Below the pieces are notes generated by a model. It saw nothing but the letters and a program-made list of their open reading frames with translations, was not told where the DNA came from and ran no database searches. A stretch of 64,000 bases of DNA from Candidatus Latescibacterota bacterium. Lineage in GTDB: Bacteria; Latescibacterota; UBA2968; UBA8231. Shown piece by piece: positions 48,173 to 57,486 of this stretch. The stretch lies in assembly GCA_965200315.1 (NCBI GenBank), contig OZ241362.1:4704001-4768000 (forward strand). The letters are read 5' to 3'. The position numbers and the translations under genes are program-made. Position 1 is the first letter of the stretch; each line of letters starts with the position of its first letter.

Positions 48173-48876
48173 TGCGAGTGTATTGCGGAATTGTGCTTTG
48201 TGTTGTTGTTGCGGCCTCGGCTTTGGCCGAGGAAGGACAAGCTGCGGCCGACTCTCTCAAGGGTGGGGAGATGGTAAAGATCGCAGGGGGAGAGCACGAG
48301 TTTTACATAGACAAGTACGAGGTGACCAACGAGGAGTACGCCGCGTTTCTGACCGAGAAGGGCAACGCCAAGGTGGAGGGCATGTACTGGGTGGAGCTGG
48401 GGAGTCGATATACGGCACTGGTGGAAGAGGAAGGCGCGTACAAGGTCAAAGAAGGGTTTGCGCGGCATCCGGTCATCGAGGTGTCGTGGTACGGGGCGAT
48501 GGCCTATTGCCAGTGGGCGCGCAAGCGCCTGCCGACTCAGGAGGAATGGCAATTCGCCTGTGAGGGAACCGCAGGGCTAAAGTACCCGTGGGGAGGGGAC
48601 TTTGAGGCGGGCCGCGCCAATATCTTCGGCGATAAGGACGGCTACGGGCGGACCGCGCCGGTGGGGTCCTTTCCGAGTGGAGCCAGCCCCTTTGGACTGT
48701 TGGACATGGGCGGCAATGTGTGGGAGTGGACGCAAGGAGGCGAGAAAATGCAGTTTTTGCGCGGGGGGTCGTGGGTCAACGGCCCGACCTTGACCCAGTG
48801 CAACAAGCGGACCAACACCAAGGACTCGCATTCGTATATCAAGGGCAACACCATCGGCTTCCGCTGCGCCCGCTGA
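48169..48876 (+). CDS. Secreted FGE-sulfatase (SUMF1-fold) domain protein
   Basis: IDKYEVTN, HPVIEVSW, KRLPT, DMGGNVWEW, RGGSW and GFRCAR motifs. Confidence 0.87.
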   Translation: MMRVYCGIVLCVVVAASALAEEGQAAADSLKGGEMVKIAGGEHEFYIDKYEVTNEEYAAFLTEKGNAKVEGMYWVELGSRYTALVEEEGAYKVKEGFARHPVIEVSWYGAMAYCQWARKRLPTQEEWQFACEGTAGLKYPWGGDFEAGRANIFGDKDGYGRTAPVGSFPSGASPFGLLDMGGNVWEWTQGGEKMQFLRGGSWVNGPTLTQCNKRTNTKDSHSYIKGNTIGFRCAR

Positions 48877-48958
48877 GCGGTCTTGCAAATAAGTTCTGAT
48901 GTTACGCCCGGGGTCGGTATAAGCGGCTGATGGTTGATTTGCGGCCCGCTCTCCGCCG

Positions 48959-49006
48959 GGATCGAGGGCGTCCCCGCCCTCGCCGAGGGCAAGATGCCCT
49001 CGATCC
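48959..49006. repeat. Inverted doublet of REP-like palindromes
   Basis: cgagggcgtccccgccctcg (48963-48982) and cgagggcaagatgccctcg (48984-49002); outer arms ggatcgagggc / gccctcgatcc are complementary. Confidence 0.7.
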
Positions 49007-49093
49007 GGTTAGGCCAGTGGCGGCTACTTAGGCGATGCGGAACATCGGTTAAGTTTATTGCCTGAATTCAGTGTCGTTAGAGCCTCCAACTCT

Positions 49094-50734
49094 ATGATTC
49101 TCGTCTTTTTGTTATTCACAGTCGCCCGTGCCCAAGCCGATCCCTTCTTCGTGGATGCGACGCGAGAAGCTGGCCTAGACCATCCCACCGTCAACGGCGG
49201 CCCACACAAGCGTTTCATTCTCGAATCCACTGGCAGCGGCGCGGCATTTTTCGACTACGACGGCGACGGCGATCTCGACCTCTATGTGGTGAATGGTTCG
49301 ACCTATGCCAACTACAATGCGGGGCCGGGCAATGTGCTCTATCGCAACGACGGCGGAACCTTTGTGGCAGTCGCAGCCGGCGTCGAAGATCGCGGTTGGG
49401 GCAGCGGTGTGGCTGTGGGGGATTACGACGGCGATGGGCAGCGCGATTTGTATGTGACCAACTACGGAGCTAATGCGCTCTATCGCAATCGCGGGGATGG
49501 GACGTTTGCTGCGGCCGCCGAGCAGGGCGAGGACTTCAGCACGAGTGCAGCGTTTTTCGACTACGATGGCGACGGCGACCTCGACCTCTACGTGGCCAAC
49601 TACGTGGTCTTCGACATTGAGCCGGTGTTGCAAGACCCGGAGTTGGACGATCCCTGCATCTATTTGGGCGGGCTGCGGGTCTTTTGTGGGCCGCAGGGCA
49701 TGGAAGGCGGGCGGGATCGGCTCTACCGCAATGATGACGGGATATTTGCCGACGTCACGACCGAGTCCGGCGTGGCCGCGGCCAATGCTTACTACGGCAT
49801 GGGCGTGGTCCCGGCAGATTTTGATCTCGACGGTGATCCCGACCTGTTCGTGGCCAACGACGAGACGCCCAATGTGCTGTTTCGCAACGATGGCGGTCGC
49901 TTGGGCGATATAGGCTTGCAGGCCGGCGTGGCGTACAACGGCGACGGCGAACTTGAGGCGAGCATGGGCGTAGATGCGGGCGATTGCGACGGCGACGGCG
50001 ATCTCGACCTCTATGTGACCAACTTCTACGGCGAGACCAATACGCTCTATTTGAACTCAGGCGGCGGAACCTTTGTTGACGCTACAAGCGAGCGCGGCTT
50101 GGCCGCTCCGACCGTGGGTTATCTCGGCTGGGGTACGCGCTTTTTCGACTTTGACTTCGACGGCGACCTCGACCTGTTCGTGGCCAACGGTCACGTCTAT
50201 CCACAAGTTGACGCGACTTCGGCGGGGGGACGCTACGGCCAGCGCAACCAGCTTTTCGCCAACGAGGGCGAGGGCGTCTTCTCGGTGGTGGAAGGGGCCG
50301 GCCCCGGGCTAGCGGTAGAGAAGTCGAGCCGTGCGACTATCAGCGGCGACTACGACCAAGACGGCGATGTCGATCTGTTCACGACCAATATCGACGACAG
50401 CCCAACGCTCTTGCGCAACGACACGCCCACCGGTCGCTATCTCGTGGTGCAAATCGACCCGGAGGTCGTCGGCACTTGGGTGCGGCTAGTGGCGGGTGGG
50501 CGGACGCAGGTGCGGTCGGTTGGCGGGGCCGCGAGCTATTTGGGCCACAGCGACGTGCGTCTGCACTTTGGCTTGGGCCGGGCCGAGCGCGTCGAGCGCG
50601 TGGAGGTACTGTGGCCCGATGGCGCGAAAGTGCGCGTAGAGGACGTGCCGGCGGGTGAGCTGCTGGTCGTATGTAAGGAACAGTCGCACGTTTTGCGGGA
50701 CTTGGGCGACGGCCCGGCGCACAAGCGGCGATGA
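49094..50734 (+). CDS. CRTAC1-family secreted protein (FG-GAP + ASPIC/UnbV)
   Basis: Start moved to ATG 49094 (signal peptide); DYDGDGDLD repeats; SYLGHS...LHFGLG...WPDG. Confidence 0.88.
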   Translation: MILVFLLFTVARAQADPFFVDATREAGLDHPTVNGGPHKRFILESTGSGAAFFDYDGDGDLDLYVVNGSTYANYNAGPGNVLYRNDGGTFVAVAAGVEDRGWGSGVAVGDYDGDGQRDLYVTNYGANALYRNRGDGTFAAAAEQGEDFSTSAAFFDYDGDGDLDLYVANYVVFDIEPVLQDPELDDPCIYLGGLRVFCGPQGMEGGRDRLYRNDDGIFADVTTESGVAAANAYYGMGVVPADFDLDGDPDLFVANDETPNVLFRNDGGRLGDIGLQAGVAYNGDGELEASMGVDAGDCDGDGDLDLYVTNFYGETNTLYLNSGGGTFVDATSERGLAAPTVGYLGWGTRFFDFDFDGDLDLFVANGHVYPQVDATSAGGRYGQRNQLFANEGEGVFSVVEGAGPGLAVEKSSRATISGDYDQDGDVDLFTTNIDDSPTLLRNDTPTGRYLVVQIDPEVVGTWVRLVAGGRTQVRSVGGAASYLGHSDVRLHFGLGRAERVERVEVLWPDGAKVRVEDVPAGELLVVCKEQSHVLRDLGDGPAHKRR

Positions 50735-50893
50735 CGAGCGAATATACGGGTGCTGCCTCGCGATAGCTCGAGTTTGAAAATAGATATAGCAATCCTACAT
50801 CATTCATATTTCACATAGCAATCCGACACGACGGACGCGGCGCATAGGAGCGCACCCGGTTTGGTCGAGCCCCCGGCGCACCCCCGCTGGGCT

Positions 50894-50912
50894 CGAGGAC
50901 ATCCTGCCCTCG
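50894..50912. repeat. Degenerate copy of the REP-like palindrome
   Basis: cgaggacatcctgccctcg differs at 2 positions from the reverse complement of 48984-49002. Confidence 0.55.
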
Positions 50913-51132
50913 AAAAACGCCGTACGCTTAGGCAACGCGCCCGCCCCGCCGCCCGACGGGCGCGGTAAAAGTGCTTCTGATGGCCGCATCCTACATGACT
51001 TGCGGTGCTTGCCGGGTTGTGCTCTCGTCGCCTTGGCCCCGCTGGTGCTTGGTGGTCCATGCGTGCGTCCTTGGGGGGCCGCCCGCGCACCCAGCGATAA
51101 TCCACATCTCACGAATGAGGTAGGATGGCTAT

Positions 51133-51567
51133 AGCAGTTGGCAGGTCGTGCGCGAGCTGCTGAGCTGTGGAGCCGAGATACACATTGTCAACCTCAAGCG
51201 GCTCATGCACGTCAAGAGCTACGGGTCGAAGACCTCCAATGGAGAGATGATCGTCGTCACCAGTGGCAACTTCACCGGACCGGGCATGGCCCAAAACGTC
51301 GAGATGGCCATTTTGCTCGATCATGCGACAACCCGCAGTTTGCGCTTTTCTTGGGACGACATGCTTGATGCGATGTTCGCACAACGCTGGGATTTCTACC
51401 AACCGAACCTTGCTAACACAACGTTCACAGGCAATCGCGGCAAGCGGTACAGGCTTCATATCCAATCAGGAATTCCAGACCACAATCGGCCGTTCGTCGC
51501 ACTCATAACCCCATCTCTTAATTTCAGCGAGCGTTGCCGATTTCCTCCACCCTCTATGGGCGATTGA
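51133..51567 (+). pseudogene. Fragment of a BfiI-like phospholipase-D-family restriction endonuclease
   Basis: SSWQVVRELL...KRLMHVKSYG...VVTSGNFTGPGMAQNVE (HxK...SGNFT PLD motif, close to R.BfiI as recalled). No N-terminus, and most of the DNA-binding domain is missing. Confidence 0.75.
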
Positions 51568-51592
51568 CGCGGCGATTTTTATTCCCTAGCTT
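51564..51592 (+). promoter_or_regulatory. Candidate sigma70 promoter of the ABC transporter operon
   Basis: TTGACG-N17-TAGCTT ending 32 nt before ATG 51625. Confidence 0.4.
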
Positions 51593-51624
51593 TAATGTTT
51601 CTCTAAATCCACCCGTATATACTC

Positions 51625-52635
51625 ATGTCTTGGAATTTTGTCGTCAAAAGAGTCGCCCTTTTCCTGATCGTAGTATGGGCCGCGGCGAGCGTGAACTTTT
51701 TTGTGCCGCGGCTGGGTACGGGCCGCGATCCCATCCGCGAGAAGCTCGGCCAGCTAGCCGCCAGCGGTGGTTTGCGCCAAGACGGCATTGAGGCCATGGT
51801 CAAGGCCTATCAGGCCAAGTTCGGTCTCGACAAACCGCTCCACGTCCAATACTTCAACTTTCTCAGCGACACCTTTACGCTCGACTTGGGCTATTCGCTG
51901 GCCAACTATCCGGCTCGCGTCGGGCAGATCATCGGCAATGCCATTCCGTGGACCATTGGCCTGATGATCATTTCAGTGCTGCTCGGATTTGCCTTGGGTA
52001 CGCTCATGGGGGCGCTGTCGGCTTGGCCATCGGCACCGCGCTTTACGCGCAACTTGGCGGTGCCGATGATGACCTTGTCGGCGATTCCGCCCTACCTGCT
52101 AGGGCTAATTGTGCTCTACATATTGGGCCTCAAGCTGAACCTCTTCCCGCTGTCGGGCGGGTACTCGCCCGGCATGTTGGCGATCTTCAGTCCCGCCTTT
52201 GTCCTCGACGTGTTGCACCATTCGATTTTGCCAGCACTGGCCATTGTCTTGCAGCAGGTCGGCTTCTGGGCGCTGGGGATGCGGGGGATGATGGTCACCA
52301 CCTCGGGCGAGGATTACATCACGCTGGCCGAGGCCAATGGCCTGCGCAACCGCACGATCTTCTTCCGCTTCGGCCTGCGCAACGCCCTGCTGCCGCAGCT
52401 TACGGCGCTGGGGCTGTCGCTGGCCAACGTGGTCGCCGGTCAGGTCATCGTCGAGGTAATTTTCGCCTATCCGGGGATCGGCACGGTGCTCTTTCAGGCC
52501 ATCCAAGCCTCGGATTATACGGTTATCAACGGCGTAGTGCTGATTCTCATCATGTCCATCGGCTTGGTGACCATGCTGATGGACTTCTTCTATCCGCTGC
52601 TCGACCCGCGGATTTCCCATAGCCGCCACCACTAG
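51625..52635 (+). CDS. Family-5 ABC transporter permease (DppB/OppB-like)
   Basis: FGLDKPL, DLGYS and the EAA loop EDYITLAEANGL...LRNALLP. Confidence 0.92.
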   Translation: MSWNFVVKRVALFLIVVWAAASVNFFVPRLGTGRDPIREKLGQLAASGGLRQDGIEAMVKAYQAKFGLDKPLHVQYFNFLSDTFTLDLGYSLANYPARVGQIIGNAIPWTIGLMIISVLLGFALGTLMGALSAWPSAPRFTRNLAVPMMTLSAIPPYLLGLIVLYILGLKLNLFPLSGGYSPGMLAIFSPAFVLDVLHHSILPALAIVLQQVGFWALGMRGMMVTTSGEDYITLAEANGLRNRTIFFRFGLRNALLPQLTALGLSLANVVAGQVIVEVIFAYPGIGTVLFQAIQASDYTVINGVVLILIMSIGLVTMLMDFFYPLLDPRISHSRHH

Positions 52636-52637
52636 CC

Positions 52638-53495
52638 ATGCATCGCTTAGACCAAATTCTCTACTACTTGCGCGAAAGCCCAATGCTTGCGGCCGGTCTG
52701 TGCATGATCCTGTTGGTAGTGCTGTTCGGGGTCTTGGGGCCGATCTTCGTCGATACCTCGCTGGCCCAGCCGCTGGCCACGCCGCCGCGACAAGCGCCCT
52801 CGCTGGAGCACCCCTTTGGCACCGACGACTCTGGCCGCGATCTCCTCGCCGTGATGGTGGTGGGGGTGCCGCTAACCATGCGGATTGGTCTGTTGGCCGG
52901 TACGGTAGGGCTGGGGCTGGGCATTTTCCTCGGCTTTACGAGCGGCTATATGGGCGGCAAGATCGACACGATCATCCGCGGCCTCGTGGATACGCTGCTT
53001 ACGGTGCCCGGCCTCGTGGTGCTGGTCTCCATCGCCTCGACGATCCGCGAGGAAATCAGCGTCAACATCATGGCCTTGGTGGTGGCTTCGCTGGCGTGGA
53101 TGTGGCCCACGCGCACGATTCGCTCGCAGGTCTTGACCATGCGCGAGCGGGCGTACGTGCAGATGGCCAAACTCAATGGCATGAGCAACGGCGAGATCAT
53201 CTGGAAGGAGCTTTTCCCCAATCTGCTGCCCTATCTCGCGGCCAATTTTACCAATGCCGTCAACTGGGCCATTCTCTCGTCGATTGGCCTAGAGGCCCTC
53301 GGGTTGGGGCCGCAGAACGATCCAACGGTCGGCATGACCATTTATTGGGCCATTACGTTCAGTGCGCTCATCCGCGGCATGTGGTGGTGGTGGGCGATTC
53401 CAATTTTCTTTATCGGCGTGATCTTCGTCGGCTTGTTGATGACTGCGGCTGGCTTAGACGAGCTGGCCAACCCCAAACAGCGCAAGGCCGTATGA
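52638..53495 (+). CDS. Family-5 ABC transporter permease (DppC/OppC-like)
   Basis: HPFGTDDSGRDL and YVQMAKLNG...ELFPN motifs. Confidence 0.92.
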   Translation: MHRLDQILYYLRESPMLAAGLCMILLVVLFGVLGPIFVDTSLAQPLATPPRQAPSLEHPFGTDDSGRDLLAVMVVGVPLTMRIGLLAGTVGLGLGIFLGFTSGYMGGKIDTIIRGLVDTLLTVPGLVVLVSIASTIREEISVNIMALVVASLAWMWPTRTIRSQVLTMRERAYVQMAKLNGMSNGEIIWKELFPNLLPYLAANFTNAVNWAILSSIGLEALGLGPQNDPTVGMTIYWAITFSALIRGMWWWWAIPIFFIGVIFVGLLMTAAGLDELANPKQRKAV

Positions 53496-54523
53496 GCAAG
53501 GCCGACAAAGAGGGCTTCGGCGAGCTCAGCCGAGACGTCCTGCTGGACATTCGCGGCTTGGAGGTCCACTTCGAGACCCGGCGCGGCATTGCCCGCGCTG
53601 TCAACATGGTCGATCTGACCCTGTACAAAGGCGAGCGCTTTGGCCTCGTCGGCGAATCCGGCAGCGGCAAGACCACGTTGATTTTGGCGCTGTTGCGGAT
53701 GATCAAGACGCCGGGCTTCATCGCCGGAGGCAGCGCGGCCTTAGACGACGGGACCGACCTGATCCAACTCGACCGCGAGCAAGTGCGGCAAGCCCGGCTC
53801 AAGCGGGTCGCCATGGTGCCTCAGGGCGCGATGAACTCGCTCAACCCGGTGATGAGGATCGGGGAACAGCTCATGCTGACGATGCGCGAGCATGCGGTCG
53901 AGCAATCTCCGCCGCCCAAGGCCGCGCAAATGGAGCGCGCGATTGGGCTATTGGACAAGGTCGGGCTGAAGCCGGAAGTGGCCCGTCTTTATCCCCACGA
54001 ATTGAGCGGCGGCATGAAGCAGCGGGCCTGCATTGCCCAGGCCATCTCGCTCGATCCGCAGCTCATCTTGGCCGACGAGCCGACCTCGGCCCTCGACGTG
54101 GTGGTGCAGCGGCAAATCATGCAGACCTTGCGCCAGCTACAGCACCAGCTCAACGCCACCGTGCTTTTGGTGGGCCACGACATGGGCCTGATGGCGCAGT
54201 TTGCCGAGCGCGTGGGCATCATGTACGGCGGCAAATTGGTCGAGGTGGGTCGGGTTGAGGAGATTTTTCACAATCCTCAACATCCCTACACTCAGCTCTT
54301 GATTTCCAGCATTCCCTCGTTTGAGACCAAGGGCGAGTTCAAGGGCATTCCCGGGGTCGCGCTGTCGTTGTTGGAGCCGCCGTCGGGCTGCCTCTTCCAC
54401 CCGCGCTGTCCCCAAGCCATGCCCCAGTGCAGCCAGCGCATCCCCACCTTGAAAACGGTCGCCCCCGACCACTTAGCGTCGTGTTTGTTGCACGAGGAGG
54501 ACGCCGATGCCCCCGCTTCTTGA
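53492..54523 (+). CDS. ABC transporter ATP-binding protein (DppD/OppD-like)
   Basis: True start ATG 53492 (ATGA overlap); GESGSGKT, YPHELSGGMKQR, ADEPT and GCLFHPRC motifs. Confidence 0.93.
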   Translation: MSKADKEGFGELSRDVLLDIRGLEVHFETRRGIARAVNMVDLTLYKGERFGLVGESGSGKTTLILALLRMIKTPGFIAGGSAALDDGTDLIQLDREQVRQARLKRVAMVPQGAMNSLNPVMRIGEQLMLTMREHAVEQSPPPKAAQMERAIGLLDKVGLKPEVARLYPHELSGGMKQRACIAQAISLDPQLILADEPTSALDVVVQRQIMQTLRQLQHQLNATVLLVGHDMGLMAQFAERVGIMYGGKLVEVGRVEEIFHNPQHPYTQLLISSIPSFETKGEFKGIPGVALSLLEPPSGCLFHPRCPQAMPQCSQRIPTLKTVAPDHLASCLLHEEDADAPAS

Positions 54524-55562
54524 GGCGCGTCACCTGCGCAAAGTTTTTTGCAGCGGCGGCCAGCGCTTCGGCCCCAGTATCGAGACTGTAGCTGTCGACG
54601 ATTTTTCCCTGTCGATTGACGCCGAACGGCCCTCCTTTACCACGATTGCCGGCGAGTCCGGCAGCGGTAAGACCACAATCGCCCGCATGTTGCTCGGAGT
54701 GCTCAATCCGAGTGCCGGCGAGGTGCGCTACCAAGGCAGCGATGTACACGACCTGCTGAAAGAGGAGCGGCAGCAATTCCGCAAGGACGTGCAGGCGATT
54801 TTTCAAGACCCCTTTGAGGTGTACAATCCCTTCTACAAGATCGATCACATCCTGACGACGCCAGTGCGGAAGTTCGGATTGGCTGCGTCCAAGGCCGATG
54901 CGTACGACAAGATACGCGAGGCCCTGCGCACGGTCGGGCTGCGGCCCGAAGAAACGCTGGGCCGCTATCCCCACCAGCTTTCGGGGGGGCAGCGCCAGCG
55001 CATCACCATTGCGCGGGCACTCTTGCTCAAGCCCAAGCTAATCATCGCCGACGAACCGGTGTCTATGGTCGACGCCTCGCTCCGCGCCACCATTCTCTCC
55101 ACCCTGCACGCGCTGTATCGCGATTTCGGCATTTCCTTTATCTACATCACCCACGATCTGACGACCGCGTACCAAGTCAGCGAGAACATCGTCATCCTAT
55201 TCCACGGGGCCGTGGCCGAGGCTGGCCACACCGAGAAGGTGATCAAAGATCCGCAGCATCCCTATACGCGCGAGCTCATTCACTCGATTCCGGTGCCCGA
55301 GCCGGGGCGCGAGTGGATCGACGAAGCGGTGGAAGAAAAGGAAGTGGTCGATATAGAGGATCTAGAGGCCGAAGAGGCGGCTGCCGGCTGTCGCTACGTG
55401 CTGCGCTGTCCCCAAGCCATGGCCCTGTGTGCGGCCGCGCCGCCGTTTTACCGGCCAGAGGCCGAGCGGGCGGTGGCTTGTTTTCTGCACGCCGAGTCGC
55501 CGGTGTTGGAAAGCGGCGATCTAAACGAAGTGTTTTCGGCAGCAGCCGACGCGCAGGAATAA
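54507..55562 (+). CDS. ABC transporter ATP-binding protein (DppF/OppF-like)
   Basis: GESGSGKT, YPHQLSGGQRQR, ADEPVS and HPYT motifs. Confidence 0.93.
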   Translation: MPPLLEARHLRKVFCSGGQRFGPSIETVAVDDFSLSIDAERPSFTTIAGESGSGKTTIARMLLGVLNPSAGEVRYQGSDVHDLLKEERQQFRKDVQAIFQDPFEVYNPFYKIDHILTTPVRKFGLAASKADAYDKIREALRTVGLRPEETLGRYPHQLSGGQRQRITIARALLLKPKLIIADEPVSMVDASLRATILSTLHALYRDFGISFIYITHDLTTAYQVSENIVILFHGAVAEAGHTEKVIKDPQHPYTRELIHSIPVPEPGREWIDEAVEEKEVVDIEDLEAEEAAAGCRYVLRCPQAMALCAAAPPFYRPEAERAVACFLHAESPVLESGDLNEVFSAAADAQE

Positions 55563-55578
55563 TTTTCCGGAGGAGTCC

Positions 55579-57309
55579 ATGCAGGGTCTGTTGTTGTGCT
55601 TGGTGGGGGTGCTGTTGGTCGGCTGTGGAGACGGAGGGCACAAGAATGTGCCGCGGAGCCGGACCTTGGTCATGGATTGTTCCAGCTTGCAAGACTGTAG
55701 CGGGCAGATCAAGGACTACAACTCGTTTAACCCGTTTTTGCTGACCGGCGTTTCCAAGACGGGTTGGAACTTCCAGTACGAGCCGCTGTATTTCTACAAC
55801 GCGTACAGCCTGCAAGCCGACAACATCATCCCTTGGATCGCCACCGGGCACGAGTACAACGAAGACTACACCGCGGTCACCATCCACATCCGCGAGGGAG
55901 TCGAGTGGAGCGATGGGCAGCCGTGGACGGCGCACGACTTGGTCTTTACGATCAACATGCTCAAGGACCACGCGCCGCATCTGTCTTTTTCCACGGATAT
56001 GCAGACGTGGGTAAAAAGCGCGGTGGCGACTGACGATCACACGGCTAAAATCGCGCTGACCAAGCCCAATCCGCGCTTTGTCTTCAGCTACTTCACCAAC
56101 AACTTTGACAACGGCATCCCCATTGTACCCAAGCACATTTGGGCGGGCCAAGACCCACAGACGTTCAACAACTTCGACCCGGAAAAAGGCTGGCCCGTGG
56201 CCAGCGGCCCATACGAGATTCTCATTTCTGTGCCCGCGCAGCGAGTGTGGGATTTGCGCCCGGGCTGGTGGGCGCAAAAGACGGGCTTTCGCCAGCCGCC
56301 GGCCGTGGAGCGCATCATCTACCTGACGCACATGGAGGAGACCAAGCGAGTGCAGAACTTGATCTCCAATGCCATGGATACCTGCCTCGACATCCGGCCG
56401 CCGAATATACAGTCGATTCTCGACGCCAATCCCAACGTCTCTACGTGGACCGGGCGCGAGCTGCCGCTCGGGTATCTCGACTGGTGGCCGGTGTGCTTGG
56501 GATTCAACAATTTGGAGCCGCCGTTTAACGACCCGGAGATCCGCCGCGCCATCAACTACGCCATTGACCGCGACCAATTGGTGGCCATTGGCTGGCAGGG
56601 AGCCGGGACCAAATCGCATCTGCCGCTACCGGACTTCCCGCCCATCCGCCAATACACCGACGCGATTCAAGACTTGGTGGAAAAGTATGAAATCGGCGTC
56701 CACGACCCGGCCAAAGCCGCGGCGATTATGGAGCGCAAGGGGTGGCGCAAGGACGCCGAGGGCTTTTGGACTAAAGAGGGCGAGCGGCTCAAAATCGTCA
56801 TTGACATTTTCGACATTTTCGCCGACTTAACGCCGGTTTTGGTGGCGCAGTTGGAACGCGCTGGTTTCGACGCTGACTTCCGCATGACGCCCGATGCGTT
56901 TTCGCGCATGGCGCAGGGCGCGGCGCGGGCTTTCTTAATGGGCAATGGCGCGAGCGTACGCGATCCGTACTTCACCTTGCGGCTCTACCACAGCCGTTTC
57001 GTCCGCCCCACCGGCACGCACTCCGAGCGGTTTTGGCGCTGGTCGAACCCGGAGTTTGACGCGCTGGTCGATCAGATGGGGCAGACTGCGCCCGACGACC
57101 CGGCGCTGCAAACGCTCTTCCGCGAGGCCATGGAAATCTGGCTGGCCGAGTTGCCCGCCATCCCCATCGTTCAGTGGTATCACCGCATCCCACACAATCA
57201 GACCTATTGGCAGAACTGGCCGTCGGCGAAAAACCCGTATATCAACAGTGCCTACTGGCACAACACGTGGCTGTTGGTGTTGCTCGGGCTGGAGCCGGTG
57301 GGGGGATAG
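55579..57309 (+). CDS. Family-5 solute-binding lipoprotein, probably oligosaccharide-binding type
   Basis: Lipobox LVGC; IREGVEWSDGQPWTAHDLVFT, IRRAINYAIDR and WSNPEFDALV motifs. Confidence 0.9.
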   Translation: MQGLLLCLVGVLLVGCGDGGHKNVPRSRTLVMDCSSLQDCSGQIKDYNSFNPFLLTGVSKTGWNFQYEPLYFYNAYSLQADNIIPWIATGHEYNEDYTAVTIHIREGVEWSDGQPWTAHDLVFTINMLKDHAPHLSFSTDMQTWVKSAVATDDHTAKIALTKPNPRFVFSYFTNNFDNGIPIVPKHIWAGQDPQTFNNFDPEKGWPVASGPYEILISVPAQRVWDLRPGWWAQKTGFRQPPAVERIIYLTHMEETKRVQNLISNAMDTCLDIRPPNIQSILDANPNVSTWTGRELPLGYLDWWPVCLGFNNLEPPFNDPEIRRAINYAIDRDQLVAIGWQGAGTKSHLPLPDFPPIRQYTDAIQDLVEKYEIGVHDPAKAAAIMERKGWRKDAEGFWTKEGERLKIVIDIFDIFADLTPVLVAQLERAGFDADFRMTPDAFSRMAQGAARAFLMGNGASVRDPYFTLRLYHSRFVRPTGTHSERFWRWSNPEFDALVDQMGQTAPDDPALQTLFREAMEIWLAELPAIPIVQWYHRIPHNQTYWQNWPSAKNPYINSAYWHNTWLLVLLGLEPVGG

Positions 57310-57390
57310 CGGCGCATGTCTGATGCGCTTCGTCTAGATGGGGCCGTGGCTTAGTGCAGGCGAAACCGCGCCAACGTCGGAGAAGGCTTA

Positions 57391-57486
57391 ATGAATATAG
57401 ACCAGTTAAGTGAACAACTATCTGGGATTAGAGATAAGGGATATGTTGTTTCATTGAGGAAAGGTAACAGAGTACAAATACTATGA
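57391..57486 (+). pseudogene. Internally deleted MvaI/BcnI-family restriction endonuclease
   Basis: GGAGAAGG RBS; MNIDQLSEQLSGIRDKGYVVSLRKGN-RVQIL*. This matches the family N-terminus up to the usual RKGNTGIG, then ends with an ATGA overlap on the methylase. Confidence 0.65.

Noticed and set aside
7291-48876. True formylglycine-generating enzymes (7291 and 48169)
   Set aside because: Both lack the catalytic Cys pair after RGGS, and no sulfatase is adjacent.
12568-50734. Enediyne biosynthetic cluster, suggested by the UnbV domains
   Set aside because: No PKS, thioesterase or UnbU/UnbL-like genes are present, and ASPIC/UnbV is widespread outside such clusters.
50740-51130. Possible structured ncRNA in the intergenic region
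   Set aside because: Only a REP-like hairpin and GC-rich stems are visible; no recognisable riboswitch or tRNA consensus.
52700-53491. Apparent N-terminal extension of the ABC ATPase (607-aa ORF)
   Set aside because: It overlaps the permease in another frame; the real start is ATG 53492 with an ATGA overlap.
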